Positions 31,701 through 44,760 of a stretch of 64,000 nt of DNA are shown here, piece by piece. The position numbers and the translations under genes were made by a program. Origin of the DNA: Vicugna vicugna (Eukaryota); contig MU058584.1 of NCBI GenBank assembly GCA_013265495.1, positions 6,042,407 through 6,106,406 of the forward strand, given 5' to 3'. The notes beneath the pieces were generated by a model that made no database searches, was not told the DNA's origin, and saw nothing but the letters and a program-made list of their open reading frames with translations. Each line of letters opens with the position of its first letter. Within the stretch, counting starts at the first letter, position 1.

Positions 31701-32619
31701 TGGAATTTATTTTTAACAAAATATACACTTCAAATAAGTTCAGGTGTTGGTTTCCAAGACCACAAGAGATTAGAAATATATCATTAAAGGAAAGGAAAAC
31801 TGCTGCCATAGAATTGCTGCTGGTACAGAAGAAATGAGAAGTGACTGCCAAGAACAAGAGGGGAAAACAGAAAAACTGTATATAAAAATTAAAAATACAT
31901 GGCATCCTGGGGTCATTTAGCAAGGGGAAATACTTGAGCACAGTATTACTTACAGCCCTGTATAATAAGTTATGTTTAGAATTACAAATTTGAACCAATG
32001 GTAACAAAAACAATCATAGCTAATATTACATAGTACTTGAGCACGGGCACTCTTGACTCCAAAGCCTATGGTTTTAACCACTACTGCTTCTCAATAAAAA
32101 ATTAAATTATATTTATGTATTAAGAAGTAAATTAAAGAAAATATTTAAGAAAAGAAACATGTAATTAATTTTTAAATACAAAAAGATTAAATACTCTTAA
32201 TAGTGTAAGCCTGGAAAACTTACCAAAAAACACCCATTTCTGTGTATCAGTTGTTTGTGTTCTATGTAGTTTTATAATAATTTCACATATAATGTGTATT
32301 TACAAATATTTACTGCATTATCTCATTTAACCCTTCCCTAATAATCTGTACCATTATTATCTACATACTGGAGATAAGAAAACTGACGCACGGTTAAGTA
32401 ATTTGTGCAATATCACATAGTAACTGATGAAGACAATATTCATACAGTCTGACTCCAGAATTTTGGCTTTTAATCTCTGTGCTCTGTGCTACCACAGTTG
32501 TGGGGTATACTACATAGGGTAATATCTGCTTAGTGTCTCAGCATGTACTTTTTAAAGAGATTCTGGTAATCCTTGAAACCCACTTAAAACTCAGAAAAAT
32601 TGAAAAATACCTTTCAGGA

Positions 32620-33000
32620 TCATTAGGCTGCTTGCTCACCAATGGTCCACTACTAATCTCCAAGTAAGCATTTGCCTACCCTGTTAAAGATCTACATGGC
32701 TATGTAATTTGCTTTATCAATGGAAATGTAAACAAAAATGATATTTGTCATTTCAGAGAGGAAGCCTTTAAGAGAAGCTTGCAATTCTTCATTTTCTCTG
32801 TTCTCCCTTCCCTGGTGCCACAGTCACCTGGAGGCTCTATTAGCCGGGGTCCTTGACTGATGCTAACATGGACCAGCACTTTCTATTCACCTATTAGAGA
32901 TACAAATATGAGCAAAAGATAAAACTTCGTCATATTTTAAGCTTCTGAGATCTTAGGGTTGTTTATTAATAATCACAGGCTTGTCTTCCCAACTAATACA
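32620..33000 (+). mobile_element. old MaLR LTR (MLT1-type)
   Basis: tggctatgtaatttgcttt...caatggaaatgt, ttaagcttctgagatcttagggttgttt...ctaataca. Confidence 0.6.
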
Positions 33001-35309
33001 TTTAATAGATAGGTTTTTCTGGGAAGTGATGCCATTTTGGGGACACAATAAAATAGAAACAATTATAAAGTTCACAAAAAGGTCATGTTCCAAAAGTTCA
33101 TACTGAATTGGTTATTTGGAATTTGGAAGTTTTTTTTCATAGGCTCACCTTATAAAAGAGCCCACAGAAGCTCATTTACTCCATAATTTAAATGAAAAAG
33201 AATAGAAAATAATAGTGTCATTAAAATAATTAAATAAAAAGAATGTAAAATAAGTAAACAGATGTAACTTGTAGGTATTCTGAACACTTATAGAGATTCT
33301 GAAGTATTTTATAGAAGTTGGAAGGCACTGTTCTCTGGTACATTTCATTTCTCTTCAATATGTACATTTTCTCCCTTTCCTTGATCCTGGAATATCAGAA
33401 GATATTCTATTTACTATCCATGGTTGCTGTTGTTTCCATGGCTTGTAAGTGGGATGAAGAGGAGGAACTAAAGAAAGTTATCAGGCAAAACATGAACATT
33501 TGAAAAATTAGGAACTATTTAAGTTCAGATTCAGTGACGTGTGGGTAACAAAAGGGAGGAAGGGAAAGTATGTCATACTGAATCTTTACCTGAACAGGAA
33601 TGATTTTAGAGCCTACTCAGTAGTCTTTAGATAGATGAAAAGTTTTCATGAGTTTATAAATGAATGCTGATTCCTCACATGGCAAAAGAGCCGAGCTATA
33701 ACTAACTTTCTCTTTGCTTTTAATAATTGTTCAAATCACAATGCCTTTTCATATTTTAAAAATTTTATTCTCAAAGAAAATTTCTGTGGATATTTTAACG
33801 AGGAATGTTATTTAGCCATAATGTTTTACTTACCATAGATAAGGTAAGAAGTTACTAAGGCAAGCTAAAACATCTCAACAGAATTATTTTGCTTTGAATC
33901 AGTTTTTATAGATCAGCCATGAACAGAGGTGGAAATTTTTAAGATCATCCATTTCTACTTATGTAATGTAAAAAAGTTAGAGTAATACTAGATTTTTACT
34001 CTCCCTAGTGTAGTAAAATCTGATGCCCTAGGACTTCATAATATTTCAAAGAAAATAACAAAGTGACACTTTGAAAGAATGAGTGAAAAGTAAAAAATTT
34101 TCAGTTGCTCTTCCTACACAAAGCTTCCTCATTTCTCTACTGTGTGACAATTCCAAGAATCACTGCTTCTCAGTAACAGCCTAAACTTGATGTGTTTTTT
34201 ATGTATTGTTGAAAAATTAGCAATTTTCTCTGACTGTTATATTTTGTTTAATGGCATCTTTTTTCAGTTTTATTCACCTATTAGACAAGCTTTTTTTTTT
34301 TTTAACCACTACCTCTCCTGAGCTCTAGACTTAGTTTCCGTCTTTTTACTTAACATCTCTGTCTAAGAGGTCTCCAGCATACCTCAAACTAAGTCCATCA
34401 CTGACTCCCTCAAACTACTTCCTTTACACTTCGCTGTTTTAGTTCCTGGCATTAACATTCTAATAGTTACTGAGTTTAATGAATTCTTTCTCTGTATCAT
34501 ATTCCATCATCCAAACAGTAGCCATGTCATGTTGAGTCTACCTGTGATCTATCATCTCTTTTGCCCTTTCTTTTGCCTCATGCTGATGTACCACCTTCCC
34601 TAAATGAAGTTTTCTTTACTTCTTGTCTTGCTACAACAGGATTTCATCTTTAGATTCTAGTTTTAGTGCATCCAATAGGATGATGTCAGATTAATTTTCC
34701 TAGAGCAGAACTCTCTTATGACCTAACTAGCTCAAAAACCTGCAATGATTCCTACCACCAACTATTTAAGTATATCTCTTAGCATGGCCTTAAACTTCAT
34801 AATACCACATAAGAGCATGAACCCATTTTTTCAAACTTATCTCCCATATTTTCTTAGTTATTGTTCCTCAAACTGGCCAAGCACCATCTATGCCTTAGGT
34901 AATGTGGATCTGAAATAGTTTTTACAGCCTCCGTTCTTCTTTCCTTTGTAAATATCACCTTGCTAAAATGACGAATCTGTCAATGTCCATCTCATTTGGT
35001 ACTCTGTCTATGAAGTACCAAAATGGGAACATTCACTCTTTTGAATTCCAATATATCTACGGATTGAAAAATATTTCTCCATAGTGCTTAGCATTATGCT
35101 CTGCCATAGCATATTATCAGCATTTTACTGACTTAAATTGAATTAAACTGCATGCACATCACAGGGAAGTAAAAATAAGTAAGCTACCTTGTTTGGCAGC
35201 CATAATTTAATATTTCTAAGATGGGTATTTTTGTGCTCAGAGAAAGGTCCTTACAGAATGTCCACTTTACATTAAATAATGATAATGATGATGATGTTAA
35301 CAGGAAAAA

Positions 35310-35540
35310 TAATTATAGCTAATGTTTATTAAAAAATACTATGTGTCAGGTACTGTTCTAAACAATTTGCATGCAATACCTCATTTAATCCTCAAAAGAA
35401 CTTAAGTTGGTTATAATTATTAACTTCATTTTAGAGATGAGGAAACCAAAGCAGAGTTTGGGTAACTTGCCCAACATGACATGTTTAGAAGTAAAAAAAG
35501 TAACAACTCTAATAGGACAGTCTGACTCAAGAAATGAGCT
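35310..35540 (-). mobile_element. MIR SINE
   Basis: atagctaatgtttatt...actatgtgtcaggtactgttctaa...cattttagagatgaggaaac...ggtaacttgcccaa. Confidence 0.8.
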
Positions 35541-37305
35541 CCAGGAGAGATGAAAAATAACCTTATATTGCATATTATATCTTATATGCCAAAATTTACT
35601 ATTTGTTAACAAGTATGAAATGGGTATCCTGTGAATAAATTCCCCTAAATCTTTTTTAATCACTTGTTTCATAAAAGTAAATGACTTGATACTGCACAAA
35701 CCAAATAAACTATGAATTACTTCAGGAAAAGGACTTCAACTTATTAATATTCACACATGAAGAATCTGACCTAATATTTGATATCCAATTCTGTTAGATT
35801 TATGATAAACAAAGGGTCACATAAATTAAAGGCCCACCAATTTTACTTTTAAGGGTTTCCTGTTTCCTCACTAAATATTTGTATTGCTTTGGTTCCCCAA
35901 AACCAATTTTTGAAAGTGCTCCTCAATAGAGTTTTTTCTAAAATGTATAATATAAGTCCTGTGCAATATTTGTGGACTGGACAATGGACCAAATGTTCTT
36001 GGACTAACAGATGAAAGGTTTTTCTATTCTGAGAAGAAGAGTTAAGAAATAAATTTCCTTAAAAAAATTTTTTAAGGGGACTTGGAGAACTGGATTTTTA
36101 AATTATAGTGCTGCCTATTTATCTAATCATAGTCGACTTAATATAATTAGACATGGTAGTTTATTATAGTAGTTAATAACTCCAACTTAGGCAGCATATA
36201 TACCTGAGTTTGAATTTGAGCTTTTGCTTTTTAACCAGCTGTGTAATCTTGGGTAAAGATCTCAGATGGGGATTCCACAAGATAATGTAAATAAAGCACA
36301 CGGCAAAATAATGGGCAAAGCAAGCATTCAACAAAATTTACTACTAGCATTATAAAAAAATAATGACCATGTCAATGAAAGATTGGATTCATAAATATAG
36401 ATAACTAAGAATAAACTTAATTTTAAATCATTCCAACTATTCCACCGCTTAAAAATATTTGAATATATGAAGAAAGCTACAAAAAAAGAATGAAACTGCA
36501 GTGCTGAAACAAAGGAATAGGGTATTAAAAGATGAGTAAAACTTTGCTTCCTGGTTAAGAAGAGCAATGGCATTCCAAGTGGAGGTAAAGAGCAGGTGGA
36601 CAGGCACTAAGGCATAAAAGAGTTTGTTTAGGGAACTGTAAGAGGTTCAGTATGGACATAGTATATAACATATATATTGGGGAGTAGCAGGTGCTTATGG
36701 TTATACAGCCATTTAACAGGTCAAAAAGGGTTTTTTTTAATACTCTGCTAAGAAGCAGTATATATGAGAAACAGTATGTCTGAGCACGGAAGAGTTAACT
36801 CTTGGATCTATCCTTGCTATATGTATATCTTGCTAATAACTAATAGAAAATAATGTATAAATTGAATCCTCCAATACGTTTCCTGACTGACACTATATAA
36901 AAATACTTTTTTAGTTTATGATAAAAAGGCTCCACAAATTTGTATATGGGTAAAGAGTATTTTAAAGGCAGGAAGAATATAAGAACTTAAATGATATATG
37001 CCTTTTAAGAAAGTACTGAAGAAAAAGTAATTTTTCCTTCTTGCTCCCATGGTAGTAAATTTATATTTTCACTTTGGATTCACTTTCACATGGGTCAACA
37101 AAGTCAAACAGCTGAAAATTTGTATTCCATTTCATTCTGTAGCACCATGGAAATCCTGGCACGTGTCATTTTTCATTCATTCTGCTTATTTTTATTATTA
37201 AGCACACAATCAAACAACATATACAGAATGATTTTTTTTCCAGCAGACTTTCAAACGCAGCTAAATCTTCCATGATGTTGGAAATTCCAAGCAACGCTAT
37301 CATTA

Positions 37306-37485
<180 letters not shown>

Positions 37486-38531
37486 CTATGTAAAACAATA
37501 ATACAAATGCAGTGAGGCTCTGTTGCACAGTAAGACAAAAAAGATCACAAAGAATTATTTTTTCATTGTTTTTCCCCTCCTGTGTATTGATTTTATAAGT
37601 AATTATGTGTTAATTACTCTCATTTTAATCTGTAAACTTTTTTGAAACCAAACTTTTGAGGAGAAAATATATATTTCCACTTTATCCCTTCCTTTTCTCA
37701 CTTCATACCATCAAGTGGAAGACAAATTATACTGGGTTCTTAAAAGCATATTATTGACTTCACCTACTAAGTGCCAGGCCCTATGTCTTGGCCTTGAAGG
37801 ATTCCAGTCTAAACACAGAGCAGACAAATACAACAAATAATTAAAACAGAATGTGATAAAAGTGGAATACACAAAGTGCTCTAGAAAAAAACATGGAAGG
37901 AACTACTAAGCTACATAGAAGGACAGAAAAAACTAAATTAAGTACGAAGTTTTAAACAATGGGTAATAATTTGCTCTCTGGTAAAGACAATAGTAATCCA
38001 AGTAAAAGAAAAAAACAGTGGATAGGTACTTGGGCATAAAAGAGCTTATTTAAGGCACTGCAAATACTTTGATACGACCATAGTATAAAGTATATGTTGG
38101 GGAGTGGCAGGAACCTATACAGACAAACATTGAACCAATCACAAAAAGCTTTTAAGAATCTGCTAAGAAGTTTACATTATTCCTTAGGCAGTAGAGTGCC
38201 TTGAATGATTTTAAGTCCAGAAGGTGATGTGGTCAGACTAATAGCATAAAGATAAACTTAACACATACACACACACACATACATACATACACAAACATGA
38301 TTAAGGGGCACTGTACAGAACAGACTGGGATAGGTAGACACTGAAGGCAGGCGCATAAGCATATATTTCAGTAGATAGTTGAAATATGATTAAGGTCTGA
38401 ATCAAAAAGGGACAAAGAGATTAAAGAGGAAAGAGTAATTTGAGAGGTGTTTAGAAGATATGGTCAAAGCATTCGAATGAGAAGTAAAAAGGAAGCTCTG
38501 AAGGTGACCTTCAGGCTTTTGGCTTGGTCAG

Positions 38532-39020
38532 TGTGTCAGGGATCCCCAGGACTACCCCAGGCCCAGTGATTTGCCAGGAGGACTCACAGAACTCAGCATA
38601 TAGTCGTATTCATGAAGATGATTTATTATAACAAGAAGATGTAAAGCAAAATCAGAAAAGGGAAAAGGCACATGAAGGCAAAGTCCAAAGGAAACCAGAA
38701 GTAAGCTTCCTAGAACCCTCTCCTCATAGAGTCACACAGGCTTCAGCACTGAACTGAGACCGAGGCTCAGTGCCTAAGGTTTTTACTGGGGACTGATCAC
38801 ATGAAACCTCTGCCTAGCATAAACTAAAATTCCAAACTCTGAGAAGGAAAGCAGATGTTTGGCATAAACCACACTGCTTGTGTAAACAGTAAAGCACACT
38901 TATCAGTTAGGGAACAGTGAGAACACTCCTGAAATCTCCAAGCTCCCAGACACCAGCCAAGGGCCAATCCTGAAAGAAGGCCTATCTAAGGACAGCAATC
39001 TCAGGACCCTTTTCCGCACA
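38532..39020. mobile_element. ERV solo LTR (MER21-like) inserted in an L2 fragment
   Basis: TG...CA ends; ggatccccaggactacccc...ggaggactcacagaactcagcatatagtc; L2-like sequence continues on both sides. Confidence 0.65.
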
Positions 39021-39213
39021 GTCGATAAGATGGATGTAGGTGCCATTAACTGAGATCGTTAAATTGAAAAACAGGTGTAGCCTTTTCCAGGAGGGCAAAA
39101 AATTATTTTAATTTTTGCCATGTTTAATTTGAGATGATACTCGGTGGATATTTAGAAATCTTAAAAAATAATCAGGAGTAAATCTAGGCTATAAGTAATA
39201 GTTTAAACTCCAG

Positions 39214-39556
39214 GAAGGTGTCAGCAACTATGGCGAGTGGGTCTAATCTGGGCTGTCATCTGTTTCCATACAAGCCAAAAACTAAAAGTTGGTTTTTCAC
39301 TTTTACATTTTTAAATAGCTGAAAAAAAGTGAAAAATATTTCATGACATAAGAAGTATCTGAAATTCGAATTTCAGTCTTAATAAATTCTTTGTTTAGAG
39401 ACTGTGGCAGCAATCATGCTACACAACAGCAGATTTGAGTAGCAGCAACAGAGACTACAAGGAATAGGAACCCAATAGGAACCACCAAACCTAAAATATT
39501 GACTATTTTGATCATCTATTTTGATCATCTACAGAAAAAGTTTGTTGATCCCTATT
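39214..39556. mobile_element. hAT-Charlie MITE (MER58-like)
   Basis: aggtgtcagcaactatggc ... ttacagaaaaagtttgttgatccc. Confidence 0.7.
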
Positions 39557-40769
39557 CTAGATTATGAAATTGCTTCAAGAGAGCTTGTTTAGAGTAGGAA
39601 GTCAGAGGACAGAACCTATATGGTACTGTAAGCCCTGTATTCACATTTTTAAGGTAACTATCAGCAAAACTTGGTTATAAAAATGTAACATGTCTTTGTT
39701 ACAAAACAATGGCCAAAGAAGGAGAAAAATTCTATGTAACTACATATTTTTCTGATTACCAAAAAATTTATGAATAACCTTGCTCTACTTTTTCTTTCAT
39801 TGTAAGTCTAAAAGCCTTTATTTATGCCACCCTTCCCATATCTTTATTGCCATTTTTCACTGACCTCATAAAAATCACAGTAATAATTGAGGCCTCATAT
39901 TTTTTTCCTTTTATTCCATGTCAAGGAGTAAACATAAATTTTTTTAAAAATGCTAAACTGACAAATCAACAATAATTATTCCTTTATACCTGTACCTATA
40001 CTCCATGGCCAAACTGCAGTCATATCCTAGAGCTCTTCATTAAAGGGTATGTTCAAAGACTCTCTTTAACTTTGGTTCTCCCTTTCTCCTAATTTAGTCT
40101 TCCAAGTAGGCTGGTGCAATCACTTATTAACTTCCCACAACAATTTCCACAGAGGCCAGTGACAAATATTTGTCACATTTATACCAAACAATAATTCTAT
40201 CACTAGCTTCTTTGATTACAGTGAATAACTTCTTTTCCAGCTTTATTTATTTATCCATTTAACAAATACTTCTTTACTTAAGCCCTGGGTATGTTCCGGT
40301 TAACAAAAAAGAAATGGTTCCTGTCTTCATGGAGCTTATATTTTAGACAGAGTGAAATAAGAAAGAAACAAACAAAAATACCAATTGTACAGTTACATTA
40401 ATTGTAACTGTATAACTAGTATATGTGAGAAATAAATAGAATACCATGAAAGAATATAAAGAGTAAACATGATATAATCTCAGTATGAGAAGTTGTCAAG
40501 GAAGGCTTCTCTGAGGAAAAATAATCTTCTGGATAAACAGAAATAACCTGAAGTTAACTGAAGAGGTGGAAGAGTCATCTAGATGGAAAAAAAATAGCAT
40601 GTACAAAGGCCCTGAGGTGACATGGAAAACATAGCATTCCAGATACTCTTTAAAAATTGTCATTCTGTCTACAAATGTATTGGAAGGGGGCAAGAACAGA
40701 ACTAGTGATATTAATTAAAATGTCATGGAATTACTCAGGTAGAGGTATTAGTGATTAAAAAAAGTAAGC

Positions 40770-43700
40770 AGAACCTCAAACTTCCTCTTAGAATGTAAAA
40801 AGCTGTAAAGGACATGGTTCCAATCCTAACTGCAAGAAAAATACAAAATACAAAATCATAACTTAAAATAAAAACCACCAGAGAGCTGAGGTTGCAGAGA
40901 AATCTACTGGCCTGAAAGATAAGGAAAACTGGCACCCCAAAGGAGAGAAGGGTCATGAGCACTAGGGAGAAACAGAGCTGCCACAGTAGATGGGAAGATT
41001 GCACAAAAACCTTTAAACAATTTGCTAAAAGCCAAATGTGAAGTAGCCTGAGACTACAGAACTTTGAATCTACAGATGCTCAGGGAGTTTGCAACCATTT
41101 GAAAGCTCTTCTCCAAGGACCTTATCAGAAGGTCATAAGAAAAACTGGGGATAGGAGACAAGTTGAAAGAAAACTTCGCCTCAGTGGCATGGGCCTAGCG
41201 GAGGGGCGCAGCTACTACTGGAGAGAAGGCATAAAACCCTGCCAGGCCCTTTTCTCCTTTTTCTTTCAAAAAACAAAAGACTTAAGCTTCTTGGGGAAGT
41301 ACAGCAAATCCTGTCACTTGGGAAGCACAGGTGAAGACTCACAGCAGCTAGGGAAAAGAAACAGAACAATCCAGAGAGGAGCTGACAGGATGACTTACAA
41401 AGTCTCACTGCTGAAAACCATATAAACAGGACTAGTCTAAGACTGGCCTAAGGCTAAAGCAGAACAATGAAAAAAGCAGCTCCCCCTTGTCGCCTCTGCC
41501 ACCAGATTAGCAAAAGCCAAATGCCAGGTAACAGCAGTATATTGCTAGCGGAGTTAAAATTAGGAGAGAGATCCTCTTTGGGGCACAGGCACACTTGGAA
41601 AGCCTGAAGTAGAAAGTGGCACATTTGAAAGTTGAAAAAAACCCTCTGACAATCAATACTCCACGAAACACAAAGCAATGCTAGACAAATTTGAAGCTAA
41701 TGGTGCCTGGTTGGTAACTAAATACAGCTAAACTCCTGACAAAAATGACAATCTCCCACATCCACATTAAAGGCCTAGGAAAAAAATGTCTATCTATTTC
41801 CAGATATAAATTGTACCTATTTAACTCTCTCCTAATTTACACATAGTATCTAGCTTTCAATAAAAAATTAAGACACATGAAAGAGCAAGAAAATAACCCA
41901 ATGATACGAGATAAGGCAATCAACAGAACTAGACTCAGATATGACTTGTAAAATTATCAGACAGAGAATTTAAAATAACTATGATTAATATGTTAAAGGT
42001 TCTACTGGAAAAGATGAAAAACATGAATGAACAGAGAATCTCACAGTGAAAAATGATATCAAAAGAATTAAATGGAAATATTAAAACATATACACAATCA
42101 ACACACATAATACAGAGATAACAGAAACCTTCAATGAGCTCATGAGTAGACTTGATATAGCCAATAACAAAATAAGTAAACCCAGTGGTAGGTCAACAGA
42201 AATTTTCCAAACTGTCCCACACCACTATCCCACCCCCCCAAAAAAAAAGAAAAATGAAAAGAACAAAACACAGCAATATAGCTTCTAAGAGCCATGAGCC
42301 AGTATCAAATGAACTAACATGTGTAAATGGAGTCCAGCAGAAGAGAGGCAGAAAGAGACAGAAACAACACTTGAAGAGATAATGGCTAAGGATTTCCCAA
42401 GAACAATGAAGGACATCAAACCCCAGATATAAGCTCAGAGAACCCCAAGTGGAATACAACACACATGCTCCAACATAGTCAAACTGCTGAAAAGCAAAGA
42501 TAAAATCTTGGAGGCAAGCAGAAAATAGAAGAGTCATTACAAATAGAGGACAAAAGAATGGCATCACACTATTTATCAAAACCTACGCAAGCCAGAAAAC
42601 AATGCAGTGATATTTGTAAAGCATGTCAACCTAGAATTCTATAGTCAGTGAAAATATCTTCCAATAATCAAACATGAAACCAAAAGTTGGTTCTCTGAAA
42701 ATATCAGTAATACTGATAAACCACTATCCTACTTAAAAAAGAGTGAGAAAAAACAAATTACCAATATCAATAATGAAACAGGAAAAATCACTTCAGACCT
42801 TCAGACTTTGAAGATATAAGAAGGAAAAAATATAAAAAAATTTATGCCTATACCTTTGACAACACTGATGAAACAGAAAAATCCCTTGAAAGACACAAAC
42901 TACAAGGCTACCACTCAAACAGAAACAGATAACCTGAATAGTCTTATATGTGTTAAAGAAATTCAAAGAAAGAAACCTTCATGCCCAGGTGACTTCACTG
43001 GTAAATGCTATTAAATATTTAAGTACAAATAATACCAATTTTCACAAACCCTTGCAAAAACAAACAAACAAACAAAATGAAAAGGGAATGAAGGGGACTC
43101 ATTCTATGAGGTCAGAGTTACCCTAATAGCAAAACCAGACCAAGACGTTATAAGAAAACTATAAACTAGTAGTCTCTCATAAAAATAAACACAAAATCTT
43201 CAATGATATATTAGCTAATCTGGCTAATATATAATCAAATCTGGCAATATATATAAAGGCAACATATCCTGGCTAAGTGGTGTTTATCCACTGAATGCAA
43301 AAATGGCTCAACATTTGAAAGTCAATCAATACAATTTACTATAGCAACAGTCTAGTAAGAAACACCATATGATTATCTCGATGCAGAAAAGGCATCTGAC
43401 AAAATCCAACATCCATTCATGATAAAAAGTCTCAGCAAACTAGAACAAGAACAGAACTTACTAAAACTGATAAAGTATCTACAAAAAACCTAGATAACGT
43501 TATATCAATAGTAAGACATTGTTTTCCTCCTAAAACCAGTAATAAGGCAGGGATGTCAAGTCAAGTATTCCTTTTTTAATATCATACTAGAGGACTTAAC
43601 CAGTACAATGAGACAAAAAGAAAAATCAAAAGAAAAGAAATTAAAAAAATACAGATAAGAATGGAGAAATAAAATTTTCTATTTTAATGATGATATAATT

Positions 43701-44760
43701 GTTTACTTAGAAATTCCCAAGAATCTACAAAAAGCCACAAGTAAACAAATGAATTTAGCAAGGTCACAGGACACTAGGTCAATATACAAATTTAACTGTT
43801 TATCTATACACTATCAATCAACAACAGGAAACATACTTTCTTTTTTAAAAACTACAATTATAATGGTAAAACACTTAGGCATAAAAAGTACAAAATGATG
43901 AAAGAAATCAAGAAAGATCTAAAGAAAAAAAAAGAAAGTTCTAAAGAAATGGAGTTATACCATGGTGATGGACTGGAGACTCCAATATGACTAATGTATT
44001 GAATCTTGCCAATAGAGTCAATGCAATTCCAATCAAGATTCCAGAATTTTTTTAAAAATAAATAGACTAGTTGATTTTAAACATATACGAAAAGATAAAG
44101 AATTTGAAACAGCTAGAACAATACCGAAAAATAACAACATTTGAGGCCTTAGACTACCTGATTTCAAGACTTATTATGAAGTTACAGTAATCAAGACAAA
44201 GATATATCAGCCAAAGGACAGGAACATAGATCAACGAAATAGAAGAGAGTCCAAAAATAAAATCGCACATATATAGGCAGATGATTTTCAACAATGGTAC
44301 AAAAGCAATTTCAATATGGTGCAAAACCAATTCAATGGAGAAGGGACAGTATTTCAACAGATGGTGCTGGAACAATTGGACATCCATATTCAAAACATGA
44401 ATGTTGACCCATACCTTGTATCACATGCAAAATTAACTGAAAATAGATGGATCCCAGACTAAAACAAAAACACAACACAAACCCTATAAAACTTCTCAAA
44501 GAAAACAGGGAGAGATCTTTGTGATCTTGAGTTAAGCACAGATTTCTTACATACACCACCAAAATACAATCCATCAAAGAGGTTTTTTTTTTTATATACT
44601 GGAATTTGTAACAATTAAAACCTCTGCTCTTCATAGGAAAATGAAAACACAAGCCACAGAAAAGGAGTAAATACTTACAAAACATATAACTGATAATAGA
44701 TAATATTCAAAATATAAAAACAACTTTTAAAACTCAATAAGAAAATAAGCAACTTAAGGA
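40770..44760 (+). mobile_element. degenerate L1 (5' UTR, ORF1, ORF2 remnants)
   Basis: ORF1-like (gaatttaaaataactatgattaatatgttaaagg) and ORF2 RT-like (gatgcagaaaaggcatctgacaaaatccaacatccattcatgataaaa) sequence with many stops and frameshifts. Confidence 0.9.

Noticed and set aside
42193..44685. Hydrophobic minus-strand ORFs of 79-128 aa
   Set aside because: Antisense reading of A-rich L1 gives spurious F/L/C-rich frames.
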